From: a virus
Taxonomy: Duplodnaviria; Caudoviricetes
DNA: 64,000 bases
Strand: one strand, 5' to 3'
Virus record (IMG/VR): IMGVR_UViG_3300008262_000013
Part shown: piece after piece, positions 6,516-13,286 of the stretch
Numbering within the stretch: the first letter of the stretch is position 1
Layout of the letters: each line of letters starts with the position of its first letter
Translations under genes and position numbers: made by a program
Notes under the pieces: model-generated
Told to the model about the DNA's origin: nothing
The model's database searches: none
Seen by the model: only the letters and a program-made list of their open reading frames with translations

Positions 6516-6668
6516 TTTGTAGTAGGAGCAGAGTCTAGTGGGATGGACAACTACACGGCTTAGTATTAACGAAAACTGACCATCAATCAGGAATTAGTGA
6601 ACGGCTGTGCTTAGTGAACGGAGTGTCGGGAGAGGGTGATGCCTCAATGTGTACACACCGGCTACAAA
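6516..6668 (+). ncRNA. unassigned ~150-nt structured RNA
   Basis: Closing stem TTTGTAGT/GCTACAAA with internal helices; fills the gap between two tRNAs. Confidence 0.45.
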
Positions 6669-6676
6669 TTTATTTT

Positions 6677-6752
6677 CGGTCTTTAGTAAAATGGATGATT
6701 ACGGCGGAATACGACTCCGCAAGTGGGAGTTCGATTCTCTCAGGACCGGCCA
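6677..6752 (+). tRNA. tRNA-Arg (ACG)
   Basis: GCGGA-ATACGAC-TCCGC arm with atypical A32/C38; CCA present. Confidence 0.88.
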
Positions 6753-6759
6753 AGTTAAA

Positions 6760-6847
6760 GGAAGTGTGTCTGAGTGGTTTAAGGTATCGGTCTTGAAAAC
6801 CGACGACTGTAAAAGGTCCGTGAGTTCGAATCTCACCGCTTCCGCCA
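6760..6847 (+). tRNA. tRNA-Ser (TGA)
   Basis: Long variable arm, G73, loop CTTGAAA and CCA. Confidence 0.92.
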
Positions 6848-6861
6848 TTTAAAGGAAAAAC

Positions 6862-7026
6862 ATGATACTCAATACAATTTTACAAATATTTTTTTATTGG
6901 TTTGTAATGGGATTTGCAATTGCGGTACTCATGTTTAGTTGCCTGATGTTTGCTAAATTTTGTGATATAATGGTGAGTTGGCTGAGTGGCTTAAGGCAGC
7001 GGTTTGCTAAACCGTCGAAGGTTTAA
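6862..7026 (+). CDS. hydrophobic 54-aa ORF running into tRNA-Ser(GCT)
   Basis: AAGGA SD; MILNTILQIFFYWFVMGFAIAVLMFSCLMFAKFCDIMVSWLSGLRQRFAKPSKV. Confidence 0.35.
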   Translation: MILNTILQIFFYWFVMGFAIAVLMFSCLMFAKFCDIMVSWLSGLRQRFAKPSKV

Positions 7027-7061
7027 ATCTTCCATTGGTTCGAATCCAATACTCACCGCCA
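6972..7061 (+). tRNA. tRNA-Ser (GCT)
   Basis: Long variable arm, G73, loop TTGCTAA and CCA. Confidence 0.92.
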
Positions 7062-7075
7062 TTAAAGGAAAAATA

Positions 7076-7324
7076 ATGTATAAAACATATGAAGCTAAAA
7101 TTGCAAAACAAGATTTGATTCATGGCGCTTATTATGCAGGCAGTTGTCGTAATGCAAGTGAAGCGCGATGGAATGCCGATAAACAAGTATTTGTACATTG
7201 GCGAACAAAGTTTAATCATACTTTTTTGGAAGAAATAAAACATCCAGAAGATGATCAATTGTTTGATGTATTTGTAGTAGAACATATTTTGGAAAATCCT
7301 TCAAAAGAAATTCCATTCAAATAA
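7076..7324 (+). CDS. conserved hypothetical phage protein
   Basis: Track ORF 7004..7324 with the start moved to the ATG at 7076 (AAGGA SD); G.CRNA..ARW motif. Confidence 0.7.
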   Translation: MYKTYEAKIAKQDLIHGAYYAGSCRNASEARWNADKQVFVHWRTKFNHTFLEEIKHPEDDQLFDVFVVEHILENPSKEIPFK

Positions 7325-7333
7325 GGAGGCATT

Positions 7334-7951
7334 ATGCCAGCAGTATTTCTAGTAAGTGACACACATTTTGGTCATGCTGGCGTATGTAGATTCCTGCGTG
7401 ACGATGGTACGAAACTTAGACCATGGGATAATCCAGAAGAAATGGATGAAGAAATGGTAAAGCGTTGGAACGAAACAGTTCGACCTAACGATAAAGTTTA
7501 CCATCTCGGTGATGTTGTAATTAATCGCAAGTCTCTCCAAATCCTTGAAAGATTAAATGGAGACAAAGTATTGATTAAAGGCAATCACGACATTTTTAAA
7601 CTCGAAGATTACACTAAACATTTTCGTGATGTTCGTGGTTATCATGTAATGAACGGAATGATTCTTAGTCATATTCCTGTACATGAGGAAAGTCTTGGTC
7701 GATTTGGAACAAACATCCATGGACATCTTCATTACAATAGAGTGATGAAAAATATTAATGTACAGGAATGGGGTCCTTACGATGAAAGACCTTTTACTAC
7801 ACAGAAAAAAGTACTTGATACGAGATATTGGTGCGCTTGTGTTGAACACACCGATTTTCGTCCGATTCTTTTTGAAGATGCAATTAAAAAAATTAAAGAA
7901 CAAGGTGGGACTATTGGATTTAAAAATGGAAATGGTCCTACTGTAGATTAA
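7334..7951 (+). CDS. calcineurin-like metallophosphoesterase
   Basis: Motifs DTH, GD, GNHD, SH and HGHLH. Confidence 0.85.
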   Translation: MPAVFLVSDTHFGHAGVCRFLRDDGTKLRPWDNPEEMDEEMVKRWNETVRPNDKVYHLGDVVINRKSLQILERLNGDKVLIKGNHDIFKLEDYTKHFRDVRGYHVMNGMILSHIPVHEESLGRFGTNIHGHLHYNRVMKNINVQEWGPYDERPFTTQKKVLDTRYWCACVEHTDFRPILFEDAIKKIKEQGGTIGFKNGNGPTVD

Positions 7952-7952
7952 T

Positions 7953-8030
7953 GGTAAGGTGGCTGAGTGGTCCAAAGCAGCAGTCTGCAAAACTGTAAAA
8001 CCGTGGGTTCAAATCCCACCCTTACCTCCA
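7953..8030 (+). tRNA. tRNA-Cys (GCA)
   Basis: U73, loop CTGCAAA and CCA. Confidence 0.92.
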
Positions 8031-8049
8031 TTTGTTATCAAGTTGATAA

Positions 8050-8099
8050 TGTTGTATTTTGGCAACAACGCTTGACAAATTCTGTGGCTAGTGTATAAT
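8050..8099 (+). promoter_or_regulatory. internal sigma70-type promoter with the TGTTG-N8-CAACA motif
   Basis: Motif 8050-8067, TTGACA 8072-8077, TG-TATAAT 8092-8099. Confidence 0.75.
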
Positions 8100-8171
8100 G
8101 TACTTTGTTGATTGAGAGTTCTTTAACAAGTTGATAACAAAGTTATTTTTATACTAACTTTTGGAGAAAAT

Positions 8172-8351
8172 ATGATTATATATCTCGGCCGTTTAAATTT
8201 GTATAAAGTTGGCAATCAAACTGCTGTTGGTATAAAAGATGCTAAATTTCGCCAGCGTGGTTATGCTGCGTTTGGTAAAGATGTGAAGATTCAAAAACTT
8301 AATAAACGAGTTCGATATTATTTTGAAGATGGAAATTGGTTTGTAAAATAA
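8172..8351 (+). CDS. small basic hypothetical protein, 59 aa
   Basis: GGAG SD; MIIYLGRLNLYKVGNQTAVGIKDAKFRQRGYAAFGKDVKIQKLNKRVRYYFEDGNWFVK. Confidence 0.55.
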   Translation: MIIYLGRLNLYKVGNQTAVGIKDAKFRQRGYAAFGKDVKIQKLNKRVRYYFEDGNWFVK

Positions 8352-8385
8352 AACAGAAGTGAGCGATCTGTCTCTGAAAAGAGTT

Positions 8386-8443
8386 TAACAAGGGTTTGAT
8401 GCAGCAATGACTTCGGCATCATGTAACAGTCAGTTCCTTGTTA
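8386..8443 (+). ncRNA. unassigned structured RNA
   Basis: TAACAAGG/CCTTGTTA closing stem enclosing TGATGC/GCATCA. Confidence 0.4.
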
Positions 8444-8457
8444 GCTTTAAGTTTTAT

Positions 8458-8532
8458 GCACCGTTCGTCTATCGGTTAGGACATTGCCCTTTCACGGCAG
8501 TAAGAGGAGTTCGATTCTCCTACGGTGTACCA
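8458..8532 (+). tRNA. tRNA-Glu (TTC)
   Basis: Loop CTTTCAC and CCA. Confidence 0.92.
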
Positions 8533-8603
8533 TATTGAAGCACATTTCGAACGGTTAGAGGCCGTCACCGGATGGGAGCTTGGTAAAGTGTGTTTCAATA
8601 TGG
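8530..8603 (+). ncRNA. long-stem structured element starting at the tRNA-Glu CCA
   Basis: CCATATTGAAGCACATTT pairs with AAAGTGTGTTTCAATATGG. Related to 5689-5773. Confidence 0.5.
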
Positions 8604-8732
8604 TGAAGAAGCAAGGTTAGGATTTGGTCACCGTATAGTGGCTGTGCTCTGAAACAACCTGTAATGAGAAGCCGAAAGGCGTCCTTGTGGTAAGTAGAGA
8701 GTTGGTGTAACGTCCAACCACCATAATAATAT

Positions 8733-8809
8733 GGCACTTTAGTTCAGTTGGTTAGAATGCCGCCCTGTCACGGCGGAGGTCAGGGATTCGAGTTCCCTAA
8801 GTGTCGCCA
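8733..8809 (+). tRNA. tRNA-Asp (GTC)
   Basis: CCGCC-CTGTCAC-GGCGG arm, G73 and CCA. Confidence 0.92.
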
Positions 8810-8832
8810 GAATATGTTATAGGAATGTTTTT

Positions 8833-9324
8833 ATGTTTGTAATAGAAAATATTTTAGACAATGAGGATGTAAAAAATATAGTTTCCTTAATTGACCTTGA
8901 AATTGAAAATAATTTTGATGTAAATGTTCCGTTATATCAGTCGCATACTAATATGCATTTAAAGTATGATGAGAATGAATCTTTTAAAAAATTTTTAAAA
9001 AAAGTTGATGATATAACTAAAACAGAAATGAGAGAAAGAATAACATTAATTGAGTGTTGGTTTAATATTTGCAAGAAAGATTCCAATTTCGAATTTCACA
9101 ATCATATTAGGACTAGAAGTTCAAGGCATTTTAAATATACTTCTGTTTTTTTTCTTAAAAATTGTACAGAGAATGGAACAATATTTAAAATTAATAATGC
9201 TTTATTGCAGTTAAAAGTTAAAGACAATGATTTAGTTTTTTTTGATCCAAGTTTATTGCATACCGTTCCACCTTGGAAAAACATTGATAGATATTCAATA
9301 GCTATGGATTTTATTGAACGTTAA
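8833..9324 (+). CDS. putative 2OG-Fe(II) oxygenase
   Basis: W-F-N..H-x-H, distal H (LLHTV) and R-x-S (RYSIA), the pattern of phage 2OG-Fe(II) oxygenases. Confidence 0.7.
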   Translation: MFVIENILDNEDVKNIVSLIDLEIENNFDVNVPLYQSHTNMHLKYDENESFKKFLKKVDDITKTEMRERITLIECWFNICKKDSNFEFHNHIRTRSSRHFKYTSVFFLKNCTENGTIFKINNALLQLKVKDNDLVFFDPSLLHTVPPWKNIDRYSIAMDFIER

Positions 9325-9331
9325 GTTTTAT

Positions 9332-9406
9332 TGCTCAGTAGATCAGCGGTAGATCAGCGGACTGTTAATCCGTGTGTCGTAGGTTCGATCCCTACCTGAG
9401 CAGCCA
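9332..9406 (+). tRNA. tRNA-Asn (GTT)
   Basis: Loop CTGTTAA, G73 and CCA. Confidence 0.92.
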
Positions 9407-9595
9407 GAATCCGGTTACTACTTTCCTAAAAGTAGCGTTTGGTACACGAAAAAATCCAGGTGGCTATGGCACCTTTAGTGAAGCGAACCTTCGGACAACA
9501 TAGCAGCGTGGACACTACGTAGCAAAGTGCTTTTAGTGTTCGGACAGGGTAACAACTCAGCTTGGGGGCGACCGTGGAAAAACGTGGCCTAAGCA

Positions 9596-9719
9596 ATATT
9601 AAATTTGCAGTTTGTAAGCCATGGGCTTGATCATGCCTGCGTAACTATGTACATAAACGGTAAATCCGGCCGGATACTCCGTTGAGCATAGCAAATAGTA
9701 TAAACTGCAAATCTAATAT
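9596..9719 (+). ncRNA. unassigned structured RNA (21-bp closing stem)
   Basis: 9596-9616 pairs with 9699-9719 with one mismatch, and ends at the tRNA-Tyr 5' end. Confidence 0.5.
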
Positions 9720-9803
9720 GGGTAGCGAGTAGCATTGGTGACTACACCTGACTGTAAATCAGGCGCTTCGGCATACGCGGTTCGATTCCGTGGCTACCCA
9801 CCA
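9720..9803 (+). tRNA. tRNA-Tyr (GTA)
   Basis: CCTGA-CTGTAAA-TCAGG arm, variable arm, A73 and CCA. Confidence 0.92.
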
Positions 9804-9850
9804 AGTTTCGCGTGTGAGGCGAGGAGAGTAAAATCTCCCACCTTTTCAAT

Positions 9851-9928
9851 TGCGGGTTAGAGGAGAGGTCGTCCTCGCTTGTCTCATAAGCAAGAAATCG
9901 TGTGGTTCGAATCCCACACCCGCAACCA
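9851..9928 (+). tRNA. tRNA-Met (CAT), initiator-like body
   Basis: TGCGGG acceptor and D-region resemble fMet tRNA, but the anticodon stem CTTGT/GCAAG lacks the GGG/CCC triplet. The T-stem is bulged. Confidence 0.8.
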
Positions 9929-9930
9929 AT

Positions 9931-10005
9931 GGTAGTGTAGCATAATGGTAGTGCGCCACCTTCATACGGTGTTAGGTGCAAGTTCGAATCTTGCCACTAC
10001 TACCA
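9931..10005 (+). tRNA. tRNA-Met (CAT), probably elongator
   Basis: Loop TTCATAC and CCA. Confidence 0.85.
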
Positions 10006-10024
10006 GCATAAGTAGTGTATAATA

Positions 10025-10099
10025 GCCCCTATAGTTAAATGGCCATAACGGTTGCCTTGTAAGCATCAATTCCTAGTTCGATTCCAGGTGGGGGCACCA
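10025..10099 (+). tRNA. tRNA-Thr (TGT)
   Basis: Loop CTTGTAA and CCA. Confidence 0.88.
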
Positions 10100-10115
10100 A
10101 TAACAAGGAAGTAAA

Positions 10116-10283
10116 ATGAGTGACGGCGGCAAAGGAAGTAGACCAAGACCATTTTCGGTTCCACAAGATAAGTTTTCTGATAATTGGGATAAAATTTTTA
10201 AGAATGAATATCAGGATATTTTAAGTACTGAAGATTGTGTATTGGATGCTTTTGAAGATAAAAAAGAAACAAAGCGGGATTAG
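10116..10283 (+). CDS. small conserved phage protein (MSDGGKGSRPRPFSV...), 55 aa
   Basis: AAGGA SD. The stop TAG is tRNA-Gly(TCC) positions 8-10. Confidence 0.6.
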   Translation: MSDGGKGSRPRPFSVPQDKFSDNWDKIFKNEYQDILSTEDCVLDAFEDKKETKRD

Positions 10284-10347
10284 TTTAATGGTAAAACTAC
10301 AGATTTCCAATCTGTTGTTATCAGTTCGATTCTGATATCCCGCTCCA
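10274..10347 (+). tRNA. tRNA-Gly (TCC)
   Basis: U73, loop TTTCCAA and CCA. Confidence 0.92.
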
Positions 10348-10353
10348 AGTTTT

Positions 10354-10427
10354 GCGGAATTAGTTTAATGGTAGAACAAAACCTTGCCAAGGTCTAGACA
10401 CCAGTTCGATTCTGGTATTCCGCTCCA
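10354..10427 (+). tRNA. tRNA-Gly (GCC)
   Basis: U73, loop TTGCCAA and CCA. Confidence 0.92.
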
Positions 10428-10431
10428 ATTT

Positions 10432-10506
10432 CTGGCGTTCGTTCAACGGATAGGACAAGGCTCTTCTAAAGCTTTAATGGGGGTTCGATTCCCTCACGCC
10501 GGACCA
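10432..10506 (+). tRNA. tRNA-Arg (TCT)
   Basis: Loop CTTCTAA and CCA. Confidence 0.9.
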
Positions 10507-10509
10507 AAC

Positions 10510-10601
10510 GCCTCTGTAGTTTAATGGTAAAACAGCGGATTTATATCCCGTGTGCAACAGATAATTGGCCAATGTGGGTTCGACTCCCGCCGGAGGCACC
10601 A
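10510..10601 (+). tRNA. atypical tRNA, anticodon TAT (nominally Ile), with a long variable arm
   Basis: GCCTCTG/CGGAGGC acceptor, A73, CCA, loop TTTATAT, A31-C39 mismatch and a 22-nt variable region. Confidence 0.7.
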
Positions 10602-10620
10602 ATAATAAGGAGAATGTATC

Positions 10621-11091
10621 GTGCGTAAACTTGATTTGGATGAAATCAAAGATTATATCAATAGTCAATCACCAGAAACCAAAATTTATATTGGTTGCGA
10701 TTCTGAACGATTTAAGGTTGATGGTGTTTGGTACGCCGATTACATTCTTGCTGTAGTAGTTCACATAAACGGAAATAATGGTTGTAAACTTTTTGGTGAA
10801 GTACAAAGAGAAAGAGATTATGATCAAAAGAAAAATCGTCCTAGATATCGTTTAATGAATGAAGTGTATAAAGTTTCTGACTTATACATTAAACTTGCGG
10901 ATGTGCTTGAAAATAGACATGTTGAAGTTCATTTGGATATTAATCCTGATGAGCATCACGGAAGTAACTGTGTGATGCAAGAAGCAATTGGTTATATTCG
11001 TGGTACTTGTAATGTTATACCTCTAATCAAACCAAATGCATTTGCGGCATCATACGCTGCCGATAGATTTAAAAGTTTACGAGCAGCTTAG
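10621..11091 (+). CDS. YkuK-like RNase H-fold protein
   Basis: IYIGCDS N-terminus, EVHLDIN and ASYAAD, typical of the YkuK family. Confidence 0.75.
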   Translation: MRKLDLDEIKDYINSQSPETKIYIGCDSERFKVDGVWYADYILAVVVHINGNNGCKLFGEVQRERDYDQKKNRPRYRLMNEVYKVSDLYIKLADVLENRHVEVHLDINPDEHHGSNCVMQEAIGYIRGTCNVIPLIKPNAFAASYAADRFKSLRAA

Positions 11092-11131
11092 TTTTATAAA
11101 TAGACACTCCAGATAGTTTTCAGGAGTGTCT

Positions 11132-11584
11132 ATGAAAAGAATAAGTGCAACCGATCAAGAAATAATTGAAGTGTCTAACACTTCACATTCAGCAACGCAA
11201 GCAGCACAAAGATTAGGTATTCAATATGGTACTTATCGTGTTCATGCTTTAAGATTGGGAGTGTTTAAGGCCAATCAAGGTGGATTAGGTACATCAAAAC
11301 CTAAAAAAGAAGGCGCAGGTAAGATATCATTAAAAGATATTTTAGAAGGTAAACATCCAGAGTATCAAACAAATAAATTAAGAAAAAGATTATTCAACGA
11401 AGGTTATAAAGAAAAAAAATGTGAAGTGTGTGATATAACTGAGTGGAACGGTAAAGAATTGTCGTTTCAGCTTGAACATATTGATGGAAACAGTTATAAT
11501 CATTCTTTGAATAATTTGATGATTATTTGTCCGAATTGTCATTCACAAACGGACACTTATTGTGGTAGAAATAAAACGAAATAA
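11132..11584 (+). mobile_element. free-standing HNH homing endonuclease
   Basis: CEVC...LEHIDGN..N..LNNL...CPNCH; located between tRNA genes. Confidence 0.75.
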
Positions 11585-11585
11585 T

Positions 11586-11669
11586 GCGGGTATGGTGGAA
11601 TGGTAGACACAGCGGGCTTAAAACCCGCCGCTGAAAGGCGTGCCAGTTCGAATCTGGCTACCCGCACCA
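11586..11669 (+). tRNA. tRNA-Leu (TAA)
   Basis: GCGGG-CTTAAAA-CCCGC arm, variable arm, A73 and CCA. Confidence 0.92.
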
Positions 11670-11682
11670 TCTTTTACTAGGT

Positions 11683-11737
11683 CTATTGTTGCGATAGAAA
11701 AATATCATTAGACTTTTGTGACTAATTAGTGTAAACT
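11683..11737 (+). promoter_or_regulatory. putative OxyR-type site abutting the ahpC promoter
   Basis: CTAT-N7-ATAG-N7-TCAT (11683-11708), then TAGACT-17-TAAACT (11709-11737). Confidence 0.45.
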
Positions 11738-11739
11738 AT

Positions 11740-11777
11740 GACTAAGTACTAGAGATAGTGCTTAGTCTTTTTTTTTT
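11740..11777 (+). terminator. intrinsic terminator ending the tRNA region
   Basis: GACTAAGTAC/GTGCTTAGTC stem followed by 10 T. Confidence 0.7.
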
Positions 11778-11788
11778 GGAGGAAATAA

Positions 11789-12325
11789 ATGAAAACAGTA
11801 GGCGATGTAATTGAACCGTTCGTAGTAACTGGTATTAATCCTGGTAGTGACAAATTTTTTGATATTACCGAAAAGTCTTTTGAAGGTAAGTGGAAAGTAA
11901 TTGTTTACTATCCAAAAGATTTCACGTTTGTATGTCCAACAGAAATCGTGGCATATGATAAGTTGTTCCAAGATTTTGCAGACCGTGATGCAGTTCTATT
12001 GACAGGTTCTACCGATAATGAATTCTGTAAACTTGGTTGGCAGGCTTCACATGAAGATTTGAAAAAAATCAAACACATTCAGTTTGCTGATACTTCGCGT
12101 GAATGGGGTGTATCATTGATTGAACAATTGGGAGTTTTCTATGAACCAGCGGGCGCAGCTCTTCGTGCTACTTTTATTATCGACCCTGATAATGTTATAC
12201 AACACGTTACGGTTAACAACCTCAATGTAGGTCGTTCACCAGATGAAACACTTCGTGTGCTTGATGCTCTTCAAACTGGAGAACTCTGTGCATGTAACCG
12301 CACAATTGGTGGCGAAACACTTTAA
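11789..12325 (+). CDS. ahpC: peroxiredoxin AhpC
   Basis: YYPKDFTFVCPTE peroxidatic motif and GELCACN resolving Cys. Confidence 0.95.
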   Translation: MKTVGDVIEPFVVTGINPGSDKFFDITEKSFEGKWKVIVYYPKDFTFVCPTEIVAYDKLFQDFADRDAVLLTGSTDNEFCKLGWQASHEDLKKIKHIQFADTSREWGVSLIEQLGVFYEPAGAALRATFIIDPDNVIQHVTVNNLNVGRSPDETLRVLDALQTGELCACNRTIGGETL

Positions 12326-12339
12326 TATTGGAGGAAAAT

Positions 12340-12744
12340 ATGTTGGAATGTTTAATCGTTGGAGATAGTATTGCTGTTGGTGTAAGTCAGATTAGAACTG
12401 AGTGTCAAGCTATTGTGAAAAGTGGAATTAATTCTAGTGATTGGAATAAAAAACATTTACACAAATTAAAACCTACTAAAACTTTAATTATTAGTCTTGG
12501 TGCAAATGATTTGGGAATTAATACGGAAGGCAACATTCGTTCACTTCGCACAAATGCTCAAGCCGAAAGAGTTTTCTGGTTGTTGCCTAGTCAAAAACTA
12601 AAACCAAAACAAGTTGAATCTGTGAAACTAGTTGCAGCTGAATTTGGTGATACGGTGATACCAAGACCAGAAACCAACATTAGTTCTGATGGTGTACATC
12701 CAACATATAAAGGATATAAAATTTTAGGAGACCAAACGAAATGA
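12340..12744 (+). CDS. SGNH/GDSL-like protein
   Basis: VGDSIA, ISLGAND and DGVHP blocks. Confidence 0.7.
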   Translation: MLECLIVGDSIAVGVSQIRTECQAIVKSGINSSDWNKKHLHKLKPTKTLIISLGANDLGINTEGNIRSLRTNAQAERVFWLLPSQKLKPKQVESVKLVAAEFGDTVIPRPETNISSDGVHPTYKGYKILGDQTK

Positions 12745-13259
12745 CATCGTGGGTAGATACATTAAAAGAAGTAAGTATTCCTGAATATGCTAAGGATACT
12801 AAACTCAATATTGATGCAGTAATTAAACGTAGCACATTACCAGTTGAAGAAGCAGAAGCAGTGGCATTAGCCGCTGCGTTTGCTACAGGTAACTCTAAAC
12901 TTTGGACATGGCTTCATCTACAAATAACTGACCGTAAAGAAGCTGACGCAGCACTTACGGCAGGTGCAATTATGGCACAAAACAATGTATGGTATCCATA
13001 TGTTGAGATGGCTGATGATCCAAATCTTACTGGACTTCCAGCACAATTACGCATGAATGCTATCGCAAGTCATGGTGGCACGACCAAAGCAAGATTTGAG
13101 GCTTACAGTTTGGCCGCAAGTATTGTTGGTAAATGTCATTTTTGCGTAAAAGCACATTATGAGACTTTGAAAAAAGAAGGTTATACGGTCGAACAATTGC
13201 GAGATATTGGTCGTATTGCCGCAGTCATGAAAAGTGTTGCAAGCGTTTTAGCTAATTAA
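12741..13259 (+). CDS. ahpD: alkyl hydroperoxide reductase AhpD
   Basis: IPEYAKD.KLN N-terminus and AASIVGKCHFCVKAH; clustered with ahpC. Confidence 0.9.
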   Translation: MTSWVDTLKEVSIPEYAKDTKLNIDAVIKRSTLPVEEAEAVALAAAFATGNSKLWTWLHLQITDRKEADAALTAGAIMAQNNVWYPYVEMADDPNLTGLPAQLRMNAIASHGGTTKARFEAYSLAASIVGKCHFCVKAHYETLKKEGYTVEQLRDIGRIAAVMKSVASVLAN

Positions 13260-13263
13260 ACCA

Positions 13264-13286
13264 GTGGGAACTATGTTAGTTCCCAC
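13264..13286 (+). terminator. hairpin after ahpD
   Basis: GTGGGAACT-ATGTT-AGTTCCCAC; weak U-tail. Confidence 0.5.

Noticed and set aside
8172-8443. A second attenuator after the internal promoter
   Set aside because: The 59-aa ORF lacks C, H, P and S, and no competing terminator/antiterminator pair with a U-tail was found.
8649-8684. Hammerhead-like words (CTG..ATGAG, GAAA, GTC)
   Set aside because: The CUGAUGA core is not intact, the GAAA is a GNRA tetraloop, and stems I and III cannot be built.
10540-10546. Reading the atypical tRNA as an ochre suppressor (TTA anticodon)
   Set aside because: The D-stem and anticodon-stem register place TAT at positions 34-36; the shifted register does not pair.
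5057-10756. Many track ORFs over the tRNA array (e.g. 5057..5245, 5139..5321, 5242..5511, 5650..5844, 6368..6550, 9742..9981, 10474..10668)
   Set aside because: They are shadow translations of tRNA genes or alternative frames, with no SD or protein-like signal.
4740-11669. Regularly spaced similar units resembling a CRISPR array
   Set aside because: The units are tRNAs. There are no identical repeats with unique spacers and no cas genes; the nuclease at 25665 is the usual T4-like PD-(D/E)xK exonuclease.
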